Source: Candidatus Limosilactobacillus merdigallinarum
GTDB taxonomy: Bacteria > Bacillota > Bacilli > Lactobacillales > Lactobacillaceae
Reading direction: 5' to 3'
DNA: 64,000 nucleotides
Assembly: GCA_019114515.1 (NCBI GenBank)
Contig: DXFH01000011.1
Location: 73,631 to 137,630 of the forward strand
How positions within the stretch are numbered: position 1 is the first letter of the stretch; the number at the start of each line of letters is the position of its first letter. A model generated the notes under the pieces. It was not told where the DNA came from, made no database searches, and was given only the letters and a program-made list of their open reading frames with translations. Positions 1-11,080 of this stretch are shown piece by piece. A program made the position numbers and the translations under genes.

Positions 1-623
1 TGATCACTGTCACTATCCGATGATGAACTTCCATGATTCGTGCCCATTGCACTTTGATCATCAATGTTAATTCCATCAGCCGATGATGCAGGTGCCTGTG
101 ATTGCTGAGTATTGTCATTGGTAAATGGCAAAGTACTTAAATCAACCTGGTTCCCCTGATTAAAGACCGGCTGTTGGTTATTAGCTGGCTGCTGAGGTGC
201 ACTATTAGGTGCAGCTTGTGGACCTTGGTTAAAGGCATTATTTTGCTGATAATTTTGGTTTTGATTATTGTAACCGCCTTGTGCACCGCCATTACGGCCG
301 TTTGCACGTGATTCCAATAAAGCAAAGTTATCAACGGTTACTTCGGTCACATAAACTCGCTGCCCTTGATTATTTTCATAATTCCGGGTAGACAAGCGAC
401 CATCGATGCCGACCAAAGAGCCCTTATGAGTGAAATTAGCAAAGTTTTCCGCGGACTTACGCCAAATTACACAGCTAATAAAGTCTGCGTCCCGATCACC
501 TTGTTGGTTACGAAACTGGCGATCAACTGCAACTGTAAAGCTACAAACAGCAACTCCGCTACCGGTATACCGCAACTCCGGATCCCTGGTTAAACGTCCA
601 GTAATAACTACACGATTTAACAT
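1..623 (-). CDS. ssb: Single-stranded DNA-binding protein; 3' end runs off the window start
   Basis: The minus-strand frame starts at ATG 623-621 with GAGGAG upstream. I checked every codon and it stays open to position 1. The translation begins [48 protein letters not shown], a canonical OB-fold SSB, followed by a Q/N/G-rich tail. It sits directly downstream of rpsF. It is absent from the ORF track because there is no stop inside the window. Confidence 0.9.
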   Translation of the reverse strand, partial: MLNRVVITGRLTRDPELRYTGSGVAVCSFTVAVDRQFRNQQGDRDADFISCVIWRKSAENFANFTHKGSLVGIDGRLSTRNYENNQGQRVYVTEVTVDNFALLESRANGRNGGAQGGYNNQNQNYQQNNAFNQGPQAAPNSAPQQPANNQQPVFNQGNQVDLSTLPFTNDNTQQSQAPASSADGINIDDQSAMGTNHGSSSSDSDSD

Positions 624-668
624 TGGATATCGCACTCCTCTCAGTAGAATGTCCGATCGTTACGCAGA

Positions 669-962
669 TTAACCACGCTTAACGATCATGTGACGCAGAA
701 TGTCGTCACTGAACTTGGACAGACGATCAAATTCGTTCAATGGCTGGTCACTGTCAGTAGTGATGTTTACCACGTGGTAAGTACCTTCAGTGTACTTAGC
801 GATTGGGTAAGCAAAACGACGGGTTGACCAATCCTTTGAATCAACAACCGTTGCACCATTGTCGCTCAGAATCTTGTCAAAGCGATCAACTAATTCGCTC
901 TTAGCAGATTCATCGATATCAGGACGAATGATGTAAGTAATTTCATATTTGCGTGTTTCCAT
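669..962 (-). CDS. rpsF: 30S ribosomal protein S6
   Basis: 97-aa [24 protein letters not shown]... with AAGGAGG upstream of the ATG. Conserved rpsF-ssb order. Confidence 0.95.
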   Translation of the reverse strand: METRKYEITYIIRPDIDESAKSELVDRFDKILSDNGATVVDSKDWSTRRFAYPIAKYTEGTYHVVNITTDSDQPLNEFDRLSKFSDDILRHMIVKRG

Positions 963-1204
963 GAATGTTACACCTCCTTATGGACTCAGGCCCTTTTCCT
1001 TAAAAGAGCAAGGAGAGTAGACGTCTCATACGTATACTCACAAAAATGAATGATAGCATAAAACAACATAAATCACAAGAATCTAATTTGATCTGGAATT
1101 GCGGTCTATCAATAAAGGACGCAAATTTTCGCCGTTTAAATTATTTTATTGCCCACTTTTCCGTATGGACCGTAACTAATTCACAAATTTATGACCAGCT
1201 TTAC

Positions 1205-1243
1205 AAAAAAGCGCGATCAAAATCATAAAAGATTTCTTTCGCA
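1205..1243 (-). terminator. Probable rho-independent terminator after gyrA
   Basis: Minus-strand hairpin GCGAAAGAAATC / GATTTTGATCGC: a 12-bp stem with two internal mismatches, followed by a TTTTTT run. It lies just past the gyrA stop. Confidence 0.45.
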
Positions 1244-1255
1244 CTTTTTTACCAA

Positions 1256-3766
1256 TTACTTGGTTTCATTGGTAGTGGATTCTTTTTGTGAATCTTCAGT
1301 TTCGACGTCTTCGTCATCCTCTATATCGTCTTCCTTAGCTACCTTAGCCATCGTTGCCACTTCAGAGCCATCAGTCAGTTTGATCAGGTGGACTCCAATG
1401 GTGGAACGACCAGTGGTAGATACGGTTTCAACTCCGAAACGAATAATGACACCCTTGGTCGTTACCAGCATGATGTCTTCATCACCCTTAACGGTGGTTA
1501 AGCCAACCAGTGGGCCATTCTTGCTGGTGACATTAACGGTCTTAATACCTTTACCGCCACGACCCTTGATTGGGTACTCAGCAGCTGGTGTCTGTTTACC
1601 ATAGCCCTTAGCAGAAATTACTAAGACTTTGTCATCTGGATCCAGCTTACCTGCGCCAATCAGGTAGTCACCTTCACGCAAGCGTGCACCACGAACACCG
1701 GCAGCTGCACGACCCATCGATCGCACATCACTGCTATTGAAGCTGACCGAGTATCCTTGATGAGTTCCTAAAATCAAGTTCTGGTCATGATCAATAATTT
1801 CAACTGCAATCAGTTCATCATTTTCGTGCAGGTTGATTGCCTTTAGACCGTTGCTACGAATATTTTGAAATTCGGTTACTGGAGTCCGCTTAACGGTTCC
1901 CTGTTTGGTAGCGAAGAAGAGGTCTTTATCTTCATCGTTGCTGTTGTAGGAAACGTTGATGACTGCGCTAATCTTCTCCTTAGGATCCAGGCTCAACAAA
2001 TTGATCACTGGGATTCCTTGCGCTGAACGTCCATATTCGGGGATCTCATAGCCCTTCATAGAGAAGACCTTGCCAGAGTTGGTAAAGAATAGCAGCATAT
2101 CATGCGTCGAGCTAGAAATGAGGTGTTCGATGAAGTCATCTTTGTGAACGCCCATTCCCTTAACGCCACGGCCACCACGGTTTTGTGCCTTAAATTCGTC
2201 AACTGGCAAGCGCTTGATGTAGCCGTTATGGGTCAAAGTAACAACAATGTCTTGCTCTTCGATGAGGTCTTCATCTTCGATATTGGTGATGTCACCGACC
2301 TGCAATTCCGTCCGCCGCTTGTCACCAAACTTCTTTTGGATTTCCTGGAGTTCGTCGTAAATGATCTGCTGGATCCGTTCACGATGAGCCAAGATATCCT
2401 TGTAGTCAGCAATAGCAGCCATCAGCTTCTTGTATTCGGCTTCGATCTTTTCACGTTCCAAACCAGTCAGACGAACCAGCCGCATGTCCAGAATGGCCTG
2501 TGCTTGTCGTTCAGAGAGGCCAAATTGATCCATCAATTGTGATTTGGCAACTTCACTGGTTTGAGATTGACGAATGATCTGGATAATCGCATCAATGTGA
2601 TCCAGGGCAATCCGCAAGCCTTCGACGATGTGTGCCCGTTGCTGAGCCTTCTTCAAATCGAATTCCGTCCGCCGACGAACAACGCTTTCCTGGTGCTGTA
2701 AGTAGTATTGCAGGATTTCTTTTAAGCTCAGAATCTTTGGTGCGCCGTTAACGATTGCCAACATATTGAAGTTGAAAGTCGTTTGCATCAAAGTCATCTT
2801 GTACAGGTTGTTTAAGATGACTTCAGCACTGGCATCACGCCGTACATCAATCACAATCCGCATCCCTTCACGGTCGGTTTCGTCGTTGATGTCGGTAATC
2901 CCATCAATTTCCTTATTCCGTGCCAATTCGGCGATCCGTTCGATCAGCTTTGCCTTATTAACCATATACGGAATTTCGTGAACAATGATCTGCTGGCGGC
3001 CAGTCTTAGTCTCTTCAATGTCCACCTTTGCGCGGACAATAATGGTACCCTTACCAGTCTCGTAAGCTTTGCGAATACCAGATTTACCAAGGACTACCCC
3101 ACCAGTAGGGAAGTCAGGTCCTGGTAAGACCTTCATCAAGTCTTCCGTCGTCGCATCAGGATTTTTCATCAATACGTGGATAGCGGAAATAACTTCACCA
3201 AGGTTGTGGGTTGGAATGTTCGTCGCCATCCCGACCGCAATCCCGGACGCCCCGTTAACTAATAAGTTCGGGAAACGTGCTGGTAAGACCGTGGGTTCCT
3301 TTTCGGTTCCGTCGTAATTATCCTGAAAGTCAACCGTGTCTTTGTTGATATCACGGAGCATTTCAACGGCAATCCGACTCATCCGCGCTTCGGTATAACG
3401 CATAGCGGCAGCTGAGTCACCATCGACTGAACCAAAGTTACCATGACCATCAACTAGCATGTAACGATAGCTGAAGTCCTGTGCCATCCGCACGAGGCCT
3501 TCATAAATTGAGGAGTCACCATGAGGGTGGAATTTCCCCATAACGTCCCCGACAATCCGGGCAGATTTCTTATAGGGCTTGTCCGGTGTTACCCCTAATT
3601 CATTCATCCCGTACAGGATCCGGCGCTGAACGGGCTTTAAGCCATCCCGTACATCGGGAAGGGCCCGGGAAACGATGACACTCATCGCATAGTCCAGGAA
3701 TGAATTACGCATCTGACTGGTTAATTTAACGTCAGTAATGCGATTTGAATTATCTGAATCAGCCAC
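1256..3766 (-). CDS. gyrA: DNA gyrase subunit A
   Basis: 836-aa ORF. The N-terminus [31 protein letters not shown] and the [10 protein letters not shown] motif are typical GyrA. Acidic C-terminal tail. Confidence 0.97.
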   Translation of the reverse strand: MADSDNSNRITDVKLTSQMRNSFLDYAMSVIVSRALPDVRDGLKPVQRRILYGMNELGVTPDKPYKKSARIVGDVMGKFHPHGDSSIYEGLVRMAQDFSYRYMLVDGHGNFGSVDGDSAAAMRYTEARMSRIAVEMLRDINKDTVDFQDNYDGTEKEPTVLPARFPNLLVNGASGIAVGMATNIPTHNLGEVISAIHVLMKNPDATTEDLMKVLPGPDFPTGGVVLGKSGIRKAYETGKGTIIVRAKVDIEETKTGRQQIIVHEIPYMVNKAKLIERIAELARNKEIDGITDINDETDREGMRIVIDVRRDASAEVILNNLYKMTLMQTTFNFNMLAIVNGAPKILSLKEILQYYLQHQESVVRRRTEFDLKKAQQRAHIVEGLRIALDHIDAIIQIIRQSQTSEVAKSQLMDQFGLSERQAQAILDMRLVRLTGLEREKIEAEYKKLMAAIADYKDILAHRERIQQIIYDELQEIQKKFGDKRRTELQVGDITNIEDEDLIEEQDIVVTLTHNGYIKRLPVDEFKAQNRGGRGVKGMGVHKDDFIEHLISSSTHDMLLFFTNSGKVFSMKGYEIPEYGRSAQGIPVINLLSLDPKEKISAVINVSYNSNDEDKDLFFATKQGTVKRTPVTEFQNIRSNGLKAINLHENDELIAVEIIDHDQNLILGTHQGYSVSFNSSDVRSMGRAAAGVRGARLREGDYLIGAGKLDPDDKVLVISAKGYGKQTPAAEYPIKGRGGKGIKTVNVTSKNGPLVGLTTVKGDEDIMLVTTKGVIIRFGVETVSTTGRSTIGVHLIKLTDGSEVATMAKVAKEDDIEDDEDVETEDSQKESTTNETK

Positions 3767-3788
3767 TGTGTTTTGCCTCCTCGTTTAA

Positions 3789-5756
3789 TTACAAGTCCAA
3801 GTTCTGGACAAAGGTTGCGTTCTTCTCGATGAATTCACGCCGTGGACCAACCTTAGTACCCATCAGCATTGGGAAAATCTTGTCAGCTGCGGCTGCATCA
3901 TCCAAGTTTACCCGTAACAAGTGTCGATGAGCTGGGTCCATGGTCGTCGTCCATAGTTGTTCAGCGTCCATTTCACCAAGCCCCTTGTACCGCTGAATAA
4001 CTGGTTTCGGACTCGGCTGCAAGGAATTAACGACCTGGTCCAATTCTTCATCGGACTGAATGTATTTCACAAACTTGCCTTGCCGTACTTGATATAGCGG
4101 TGGCTGAGCAATGTAAACATAGCCGTGTGTGATCATTGGCTTCATGAAGCGGTAGAACAAGGTTAATAGCAATGTCCGAATGTGAGCACCATCGACATCC
4201 GCATCCGTCATGATAATCAGCTTGTGGTAGTTTGCTTTAGTAATATCAAAGTCTTCGCCAAAGCCAGTTCCTAAAGCCGTAAACAATGACCGAATTTCAT
4301 CATTGGCCAAAACCCGGTTGAGGCTGGCTTTTTCAACGTTTAGAATCTTCCCCCGAATTGGCAGGATAGCTTGCGTTAAACGTGAACGGCCTTGCTTAGC
4401 AGAACCACCGGCAGAATCACCTTCGACAATGAACAATTCTGAAATATTCGGGTCTTTACTGGTGTTATCAGCTAACTTACCAGGCAGGTTGGAAATTTCC
4501 AAACCACTCTTTTTTCGGGTAACTTCACGTGCGCGTTTAGCAGCCACCCGGGCTTTCGAAGCCAGCATCCCTTTATCAACAATCTTGTGAGCCGTGTCCG
4601 GGTTCTCCATCATGAACCGGGTCATCGTTTCACTGAAGATCTTATCGGTAGCCGTCCGTGCATCGGAGTTAGACAGCTTCGTCTTCGTTTGCCCTTCGAA
4701 TTGCGGGTTCGGGTGCTTGATCGAGACAACCGCGGTTAAGCCTTCACGAACATCGTCACCAGACAAGCTGTTGTTGCCCTTTAACTGGCCGCTCTTCTTG
4801 CCATAATCGTTGATTACCCGGGTTAACGCAGTCTTAAAGCCGGTTTCGTGACTCCCGCCTTCGTAAGTATGAATGTTATTGGTAAAGGTCAACAACTCAC
4901 AGCGGTAACCGTTAGTGTATTGCAGAGAGACTTCTACGGTAATCCCGTTGTATTCCCCTTCCACATAGATCGGTGGATCAAACAAGGTTTCTTGTTCCCT
5001 GTTCAGGTATTCAACATAGTGACGAATACCGCCTTCATAGTGGAACTCTTGCCGGTTATCCTTGTCATTACGCTTATCTTCAATCGTGATCCGCAGACCC
5101 TTGTTTAAGAATGCCAGTTCACGAATCCGGTCTGTCAGGGTCTTGATATTAAAGACCGTCGTATCACGGAAAATTGTCGGATCTGGCTTAAAGTGAACGA
5201 TGGTCCCGTGTTCCGTCTCGGGCAAGCCTTCCTTGATGACTTTCATCTTGGTATGGACATGGCCACCACGGAAGTCCATGTAGTATTGCTTGCCTTGCCG
5301 GGTAACTTTAACGTCCAATTCAGTTGATAAGGCGTTGACAACGGAGGCACCAACCCCGTGCAAACCACCAGAAACCTTGTAGCCGCCGTTGCCGAACTTA
5401 CCGCCGGCGTGGAGGACAGTGAAGACCGTTTCCAAAGCAGGTTTGCCAGTTTCTTTTTGAATGTCTACTGGAATCCCACGACCATTATCGGTAACGGTAA
5501 TGCTATTATCCTTTTCAACGACCACATTGATTTCGTCACAAAAGCCAGCTAAGGCTTCGTCAATCCCGTTATCAACAATTTCCCAAACCAAGTGGTGCAA
5601 TCCTTGAGCGGTGGTGGAACCAATGTACATTCCGGGACGTTTCCGGACTGCTTCTAGTCCCTTTAGAACCTGAATTTGGCTGGCATTGTACTGGCTGCCA
5701 AGTTCAGCTTTCCGCTCTTCTCTTTGCTCCTCTTTGGTCTCTTCTTGCTTACTCAC
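3789..5756 (-). CDS. gyrB: DNA gyrase subunit B
   Basis: 655-aa ORF with [14 protein letters not shown], a GHKL ATPase region and the Toprim motif EGDSAGG. Confidence 0.97.
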   Translation of the reverse strand: MSKQEETKEEQREERKAELGSQYNASQIQVLKGLEAVRKRPGMYIGSTTAQGLHHLVWEIVDNGIDEALAGFCDEINVVVEKDNSITVTDNGRGIPVDIQKETGKPALETVFTVLHAGGKFGNGGYKVSGGLHGVGASVVNALSTELDVKVTRQGKQYYMDFRGGHVHTKMKVIKEGLPETEHGTIVHFKPDPTIFRDTTVFNIKTLTDRIRELAFLNKGLRITIEDKRNDKDNRQEFHYEGGIRHYVEYLNREQETLFDPPIYVEGEYNGITVEVSLQYTNGYRCELLTFTNNIHTYEGGSHETGFKTALTRVINDYGKKSGQLKGNNSLSGDDVREGLTAVVSIKHPNPQFEGQTKTKLSNSDARTATDKIFSETMTRFMMENPDTAHKIVDKGMLASKARVAAKRAREVTRKKSGLEISNLPGKLADNTSKDPNISELFIVEGDSAGGSAKQGRSRLTQAILPIRGKILNVEKASLNRVLANDEIRSLFTALGTGFGEDFDITKANYHKLIIMTDADVDGAHIRTLLLTLFYRFMKPMITHGYVYIAQPPLYQVRQGKFVKYIQSDEELDQVVNSLQPSPKPVIQRYKGLGEMDAEQLWTTTMDPAHRHLLRVNLDDAAAADKIFPMLMGTKVGPRREFIEKNATFVQNLDL

Positions 5757-6877
5757 TGTGCTTCCTCCTTATCCAATTTACCGTCATGGATCTTAAAAAT
5801 CGTCGGTTGCTTGATCAGCTTTTCTGCGACCCCGCTTAAGCTAGTGGTCGTTAAAAAGGTCTGGACCTTATCCTGAATTGCTGTTAGCAGATGGGTCTGC
5901 CGATCATCATCCAGTTCAGATAAAACATCATCTAACAGCAATAACGGGTATTCACCCGTCTGTTCCTTCATCAAGTCAATTTCCGCCAGTTTGACTGCCA
6001 GCGCGGTTGTCCGTTGCTGTCCTTGCGAACCATAGTGCTGGACGTTTTGTCCATTCACAATAAACTGCAAATCATCACGCTGTGGACCTGCCAGACTGGT
6101 GCCTAACTCGATTTCACGGTCGCTATTGGCCGTAAATAACGACCGCAGTTGACTTTTTAGGTCATCCTCGTTCGTTTCATCATCAATCTTTAATTGACTG
6201 ATGTACTTTAGTTGTAATTTTTCCTTCTGCACTGATATTTGTTCATGCAAGTCATCAGCCCATTTTTCCAGGCGACCAACCAGCTGATAACGAGCCAGGC
6301 TGACTTTGGCACCAACATCGGCTAGCTGGTCAGATAAAACGCCTAGCAAGACTAGATCATTTTGCTGGTGTCGTTTCAGCTGCCGTAAGTACTGGTTGCG
6401 CTGGCCTAAAATAGAGTGATACTGACTCACGTTATAGAGGTATTGAGCACTCATTTGCCCAAATTCCATATTCATGAAGCGCCGCCGTTCCTGAGGCGCA
6501 CCCTTCACCAGGGAAAGATCTTCAGGAGCAAATAGCACCACTTTCAAATTACCAACGTAAGATGACAAGCGACTCTGGTAAAGGTGATTAACTTTTACCC
6601 TCTTGCCACGAGCACTCAATTCTACCTCCAATGGCAACCGGTCGACTTCTCTTTGCACACGACCGCTTATGATTGCGGTCTTTTGTCCCCACTGGATCAA
6701 TTCACGATCCTTATTGGTCCGATGACTGCGGGTCAACGCAAGGACGTGAATGGCCTCTAGTAAATTCGTTTTTCCCTGAGCGTTTTCACCAATCAAAACA
6801 TTGACGCCCGGCTGGAAATGAACGTCTAAGTGATCATAATTACGAAAATGCCGCAGCTGCAGTTCTTGCAGAATCAT
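5753..6877 (-). CDS. recF: DNA replication/repair protein RecF
   Basis: 374-aa ORF with Walker [15 protein letters not shown] and the C-terminal [11 protein letters not shown]. Its stop overlaps the gyrB start by 4 nt. Confidence 0.95.
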   Translation of the reverse strand: MILQELQLRHFRNYDHLDVHFQPGVNVLIGENAQGKTNLLEAIHVLALTRSHRTNKDRELIQWGQKTAIISGRVQREVDRLPLEVELSARGKRVKVNHLYQSRLSSYVGNLKVVLFAPEDLSLVKGAPQERRRFMNMEFGQMSAQYLYNVSQYHSILGQRNQYLRQLKRHQQNDLVLLGVLSDQLADVGAKVSLARYQLVGRLEKWADDLHEQISVQKEKLQLKYISQLKIDDETNEDDLKSQLRSLFTANSDREIELGTSLAGPQRDDLQFIVNGQNVQHYGSQGQQRTTALAVKLAEIDLMKEQTGEYPLLLLDDVLSELDDDRQTHLLTAIQDKVQTFLTTTSLSGVAEKLIKQPTIFKIHDGKLDKEEAQ

Positions 6878-6883
6878 AAATCA

Positions 6884-7120
6884 TCACTGCTCGCCTTGAA
6901 TAGTAACTGTTTCTACACCGACAATCTCGACTTTATCCCCAGGGTACAGCTTTTTACCGCGCCGCTGGTCTAATTCATCATTGATTTTGACATCGTGTTC
7001 CCTTAAAAACCACTTGGCTGCACCGCCGGTTGGAATGATTCCTTCTTCCTTCAGCAGTTGGCCAAGGGTGATGAAAGGACGATCAATTTTCACGATTCGC
7101 GAATTTTGCACGTATCTCAC
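6884..7120 (-). CDS. yaaA: S4-domain RNA-binding protein YaaA
   Basis: 78-aa ORF with ITLGQLLKEEGIIPTGGAAKWFL in the conserved position between dnaN and recF. The start may instead be the GTG 9 nt downstream (7111), which follows AGGTGA. Confidence 0.85.
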   Translation of the reverse strand: MRYVQNSRIVKIDRPFITLGQLLKEEGIIPTGGAAKWFLREHDVKINDELDQRRGKKLYPGDKVEIVGVETVTIQGEQ

Positions 7121-7265
7121 CTACTTTGCACCTTAATATTATAGCTTTTTTAGGGGGTAAAAACAACTTAAAGGGGCCTCATTGCCGTTTTGAGCGTTTC
7201 TAATGCTTTTGACCCATTTTTAACTAAAGTACATTAAAAACGATACTAGGCTGTATAACAGCAAA

Positions 7266-7306
7266 ATAAAAAAAGTGAAGCGACAGATAGTCGTTTCACT
7301 TTTTTT
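7266..7306 (-). terminator. Rho-independent terminator after dnaN (symmetric, flanked by A and T runs)
   Basis: Hairpin AGTGAAGCGAC-AGAT-AGTCGTTTCACT (7274-7300). A T-run follows on the dnaN-sense strand. Confidence 0.7.
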
Positions 7307-7328
7307 CTACCAGGTTTTGTTTTCTAAG

Positions 7329-8465
7329 TTAGAACGTCCGCACTGGGGTTATCAGCTGAATGAAATCATCTTTATCTTCCGTTGGGACCAGAGTAAACGG
7401 CCGCAATGCAGAAGTAAACGAAATCAAAATAGTTGATTGACCAAATGACTTCAAGGCATCACTCATGTAGTCAGGGTTAAAGGAAATTTCCAATTCAGCA
7501 CCCTTAACAGAGTCAGCCATCACATTTTCTTCCACGTTACCAACTTCAGCGGAGTCTCCGCTAATCTTAGCAGCTCCTTGATCGGGATCGATTGTCAACT
7601 TAACCACGTTATTGTGTCCTTGATGTGACAACAGTGATGCACGTTCAATCGTTGATAAGAACTTACCAGCATCAACTTCAATCGTCGTGTCCGCCGTATC
7701 GGGAATTAACCGGCTAGTCTCCGGATAGTTGCCTTCCAAGAGTCGCGAATAGAACAGGGTATTACCAAACTTAAAGAGGACTTGATTTTCGGCGATCTGT
7801 AGGTCAACGGGGTCTTTTTCATCGGAAATCAGTCGTGACAGTTCGGTCATGCTATCACCAGGAATAACCACGTCGTAACTAGCATCACCCGTATCAACCT
7901 TAACTTTACGCTGTGCCAGACGGTGACTATCCGTGGCCACTGCAGTTAACACACCATCAGCTAACAGAACGTGGATCCCCGTTAAAATCGGCCGACTTTC
8001 CTGCTTCGATACCGCAATCCGGGTCTGATCAATCACGTCGCGTAATAAATCGGCATCTACCTTAATCGTGGCATCACTTTCAATTTCTGGTAAGTGTGGG
8101 TAATTATTGGCATCTTGTCCGTTAATAATAAATTCCGCAGACCCTGATGTGATCTTAGTTTGAAATCCATCATGGACATTTACCGTTACTGTTTTTTCAG
8201 GCAGCTTTTTAACAATTTCGCTGAAGAATCGTGCAGGCAACACAATGGCACCTGGTTCATCAATCACTAATTCGTTACTGCTTTCTGCAGTAGTCATAGT
8301 TGATTGGATAGTGATATCCGCATTACTACCAGTAAGTGTAATTTCATTATCATAAACCACAATTTTAATCCCCGTCAGAATCGGAATAGTGGTCTTAGAA
8401 GAGATAGCACGTAACACATTGTTAATCTGATTGATAAAGACATTTTGATTAACGGAAAATTTCAT
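7329..8465 (-). CDS. dnaN: DNA polymerase III beta sliding clamp
   Basis: 378-aa ORF MKFSVNQNVFINQINNVLRAISSKTTIPILTGIKI..., typical DnaN, directly downstream of dnaA. Confidence 0.96.
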   Translation of the reverse strand: MKFSVNQNVFINQINNVLRAISSKTTIPILTGIKIVVYDNEITLTGSNADITIQSTMTTAESSNELVIDEPGAIVLPARFFSEIVKKLPEKTVTVNVHDGFQTKITSGSAEFIINGQDANNYPHLPEIESDATIKVDADLLRDVIDQTRIAVSKQESRPILTGIHVLLADGVLTAVATDSHRLAQRKVKVDTGDASYDVVIPGDSMTELSRLISDEKDPVDLQIAENQVLFKFGNTLFYSRLLEGNYPETSRLIPDTADTTIEVDAGKFLSTIERASLLSHQGHNNVVKLTIDPDQGAAKISGDSAEVGNVEENVMADSVKGAELEISFNPDYMSDALKSFGQSTILISFTSALRPFTLVPTEDKDDFIQLITPVRTF

Positions 8466-8480
8466 GATGACGACCCCTTT

Positions 8481-8628
8481 ATGTAATTTATTTTATTTAA
8501 TAATAAGACAGAAGTAGTAGTAGGGCTTGTGGAAAGTGTTGAAAAGTCAAAATTAATTGAGCAACACGAGGTTTTCCACATGTGGATAATTTGTGGATTG
8601 ATTGTGAATTAACAAAAAGTTATCCACA
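8481..8628. other. oriC sub-region between dnaA and dnaN: DnaA boxes, TAG-trio run and an AT-rich unwinding candidate
   Basis: Perfect TTATCCACA boxes at 8581-8589 (reverse) and 8620-8628. Degenerate boxes at 8528-8536, 8572-8580 and 8592-8600. TAGTAGTAG at 8515-8523 is separated from box 8528-8536 by GGCT. An AT-rich stretch lies at 8481-8510. Confidence 0.8.
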
Positions 8629-8632
8629 CTAG

Positions 8633-9958
8633 TTAAGGACGTAAATCCTTCTGTAATTTATCAACAGTTGCTTTTAATTGTGCATCTTGATCAAGTTGTT
8701 TTTCAATTTTATCAATTGCATGCAGGACGGTGGTATGATCTTTGCCACCAAATTCACGGCCGATGCGGGGCAGTGAATTGTCAGTTAATTCACGGGACAG
8801 GTACATAGCGATTTGTCGCGGTACCACAATATTCTTAACCCGTTTCTTACCAGTAATATCACTTTGGTTAATGTTGAAGTAGGCAGCAACTTTCTTTTGA
8901 ATTAAATCAATGTTTAATTCAGTCGTTGCATCTTCACCAATACCTTGTAAGGCTTCCTTAGCCATATTTAATGACATTGGCTGCTGGTGGAGCTGGGCAA
9001 AAACGCGGACTCGCATTAGTGCGCCTTCTAGTTCACGGACATTGGTATTAATTTTGCTAGCGATAAAATTGAAAACTTCATTAGGTACGTCTTCAATGTG
9101 TTCTTCATCGGCCTTGCGCCTCAAAATAGCAATTCGCGTTTCCAGATCGGGCGCGGTAATTTCAACCGTTAAGCCCCACACGAAACGGGAAACTAACCGC
9201 TCAGTTAAGTTAGGGATTTCTTTTGGATTTTGATCCGCAGTTAATACAATCTGCTTGTTGTTATCATGCAAGACATTGAAGGTGTTGAAAAATTCTAGCT
9301 GAGTTTCATTTTTCGAACTCAAAAACTGTACATCGTCGACTAAAAGGGCATCAAGGTTCCGGTATTCTGCCCGAAATTGCTCTGTGGTTCCCATCTTAAT
9401 GGAGTTGATGTAGTCATTTACAAAGTTTTCACTGGTAACGTATTTAATTTTGGCATTCGGATTACGCTGTAGCATAGCATTGGCGATCGCCTGCATTAGG
9501 TGGGTTTTGCCTAGTCCCACACCACCATAGATTAGTAGTGGGTTGTACAGTAAACCGGGTTGTTCGGATGCGCCATAAGCAGAAGCATAGGCAAACTGGT
9601 TACTACGACCTTCGACGAATGTCTCAAAGGTATATTCCGGATTTAATGGGGTAGTTTCCTTGAATGTCGGCTCAGGTTTTGGTGTTGTAGTAGGTTGATT
9701 AACCAGTAAGTCTTTAGTTAAGACGTAACGTGGCTTGATGTCTTGACCAGTTTCCTCATGCAGAATGTGTTCTAGCTGGACGGTTAGCCGTTTTTTCCAT
9801 AATTCAAGATGGTAATCGGAAGGCACGACCACCGTAATTTGGCCGTTTAAAAGAGAGTGTGCTTTTGCCGGAGCAACGAGATTTTCATAAGTCACTGGAG
9901 TCAGTGTCTGCTTAAACTCGTTCTGGACCGTCTCCCAAAGAGAATCGAGCTCAGTCAA
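8633..9958 (-). CDS. dnaA: Chromosomal replication initiator DnaA
   Basis: Walker A GGVGLGKTHL and C-terminal HTTVLHAIDKI. I place the start at TTG 9958, preceded by AGGAGGAACTATT and giving MTELDSLWETVQ. This replaces the ORF-track start at 10018, which has no RBS. Confidence 0.95.
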   Translation of the reverse strand: MTELDSLWETVQNEFKQTLTPVTYENLVAPAKAHSLLNGQITVVVPSDYHLELWKKRLTVQLEHILHEETGQDIKPRYVLTKDLLVNQPTTTPKPEPTFKETTPLNPEYTFETFVEGRSNQFAYASAYGASEQPGLLYNPLLIYGGVGLGKTHLMQAIANAMLQRNPNAKIKYVTSENFVNDYINSIKMGTTEQFRAEYRNLDALLVDDVQFLSSKNETQLEFFNTFNVLHDNNKQIVLTADQNPKEIPNLTERLVSRFVWGLTVEITAPDLETRIAILRRKADEEHIEDVPNEVFNFIASKINTNVRELEGALMRVRVFAQLHQQPMSLNMAKEALQGIGEDATTELNIDLIQKKVAAYFNINQSDITGKKRVKNIVVPRQIAMYLSRELTDNSLPRIGREFGGKDHTTVLHAIDKIEKQLDQDAQLKATVDKLQKDLRP

Positions 9959-10024
9959 AATAGTTCCTCCTAAATGTAATGTAATTATTAAAACCAATCG
10001 ATATTCTATCATTTGCATAAAAAG

Positions 10025-10327
10025 TTTTCCACAGGCCGAAAAAATATCATCCCCAATTTAAACAACGCTGTGTGGAAATTAACCACAAGCATGTTTATTT
10101 GTGGAAAATTGTGGGAAAATCAGCAACAATCCACAGCATTTTTGTGGATAATCACAGGTTGAAAACTTGATGTTCTAGTAATCCACAGGTTTGTCCACAA
10201 TGCTGTGGAAAACTTTAGACACAGACTTGTTGATTACTAAAAAGCAGTGGAAATCGCTGTGATTTAGCGGTCCCAAAATTAGCAAATAAAACAACGCTGT
10301 GGATTATTTGTGGAAAACTGTGGATAA
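10025..10327. other. oriC sub-region upstream of dnaA: dense DnaA-box cluster
   Basis: Perfect TGTGGATAA at 10143-10151 and 10319-10327. Boxes with 1-2 mismatches at 10025-10033, 10071-10079, 10100-10108, 10127-10135, 10179-10187, 10191-10199, 10204-10212, 10298-10306 and 10309-10317. Confidence 0.85.
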
Positions 10328-10468
10328 ATAAATATTTTCGTCTACATTTTGCGGTTTATTCCCGGCCTAACTTGTGCTATACTTTACCAGTATGTTTGTA
10401 GGGTTAGGCGGTTTTTTCCGCCAACTAAGATCATCATTAATTTATTGCCGGAGGAGGTGCAAGAGCTG

Positions 10469-10603
10469 ATGAAGCGTACATTTCAACCTAAGAAGCGTCA
10501 CCGTGCTCGTGTCCACGGTTTCCGTGCTCGGATGAGTACCAGCAACGGCCGTAAAGTACTGGCTCGTCGCCGTAAAAAGGGTCGCAAAGTATTATCTGCA
10601 TAA
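10469..10603 (+). CDS. rpmH: 50S ribosomal protein L34
   Basis: [44 protein letters not shown], 44 aa, with GGAGGAGG upstream. The ORF-track start at 10349 is an artefactual extension. Confidence 0.95.
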   Translation: MKRTFQPKKRHRARVHGFRARMSTSNGRKVLARRRKKGRKVLSA

Positions 10604-10608
10604 AGATG

Positions 10609-10636
10609 AGCCCCTGCATTGCAGTGGCTTTTTTCT
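10609..10636 (+). terminator. Rho-independent terminator after rpmH
   Basis: Hairpin GCCCCTGCA-T-TGCAGTGGC followed by TTTTTT. Confidence 0.7.
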
Positions 10637-10725
10637 CAGTAGGGGGCAGGGCATTCACCTGGCTGCAATGAATAATTGTAGTTTTGTCGTGTGTCCGCCT
10701 CTTTTTACGTTATTGGAGACAAGAT

Positions 10726-11067
10726 ATGAGAAAATCATTTCGCGTTAAAAAGGAAAGTGAATTTCAAAGGGTTTTTGAAACTCATAATTCCGTCGCCAAT
10801 CATAAATTTGTTATCTATCAGATGGAAAAGCCCGGACAGCCACATTTTCGGGTAGGCATTTCAGTTGGTAAGAAAATAGGGAATGCTTACCATCGTAACT
10901 GGCTGAAACGGCGGATTCGGCAGACACTGCTGGAAGTAAAGCCGCAATTAAAGCAAGATGTTGATTTCTTGGTAATTGCGCGTCCAGCAGCAGATATGAT
11001 GACAATGGCACAGACCAAGAAGCAGTTGGTTCATGCCTTGCAGCTGGCACACCTATTAGAAAAGTAG
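10726..11067 (+). CDS. rnpA: RNase P protein component
   Basis: [17 protein letters not shown]..., 113 aa, in the conserved position after rpmH. GGAGAC RBS before ATG 10726. Confidence 0.92.
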   Translation: MRKSFRVKKESEFQRVFETHNSVANHKFVIYQMEKPGQPHFRVGISVGKKIGNAYHRNWLKRRIRQTLLEVKPQLKQDVDFLVIARPAADMMTMAQTKKQLVHALQLAHLLEK

Positions 11068-11080
11068 AGAGGATTACGGT

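Noticed and set aside
3490-3560. gyrA QRDR checked for quinolone-resistance substitutions.
   Set aside because: The motif reads [17 protein letters not shown] with Ser and Glu at the usual hotspot positions, so nothing is unusual.
1191-5876. Many 60-150-aa plus-strand ORFs inside gyrA and gyrB (for example 1191-1604, 2102-2542, 4303-4590, 4848-5108).
   Set aside because: They lie antisense to long, unmistakable gyrase genes. They have no RBS and low-complexity or odd composition, so they are shadow ORFs.
9959-10018. The ORF-track N-terminal extension of dnaA (MQMIEYRLVLIITLHLGGTI...).
   Set aside because: It has no Shine-Dalgarno sequence and its start sits only a few nt from the first DnaA box of the origin cluster. 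TTG 9958 has a perfect AGGAGG and gives a normal DnaA N-terminus.
10349-10468. An 84-aa version of rpmH starting at 10349.
   Set aside because: L34 is a ~44-aa protein. ATG 10469 has a GGAGGAGG RBS, and the extension covers promoter and origin DNA.
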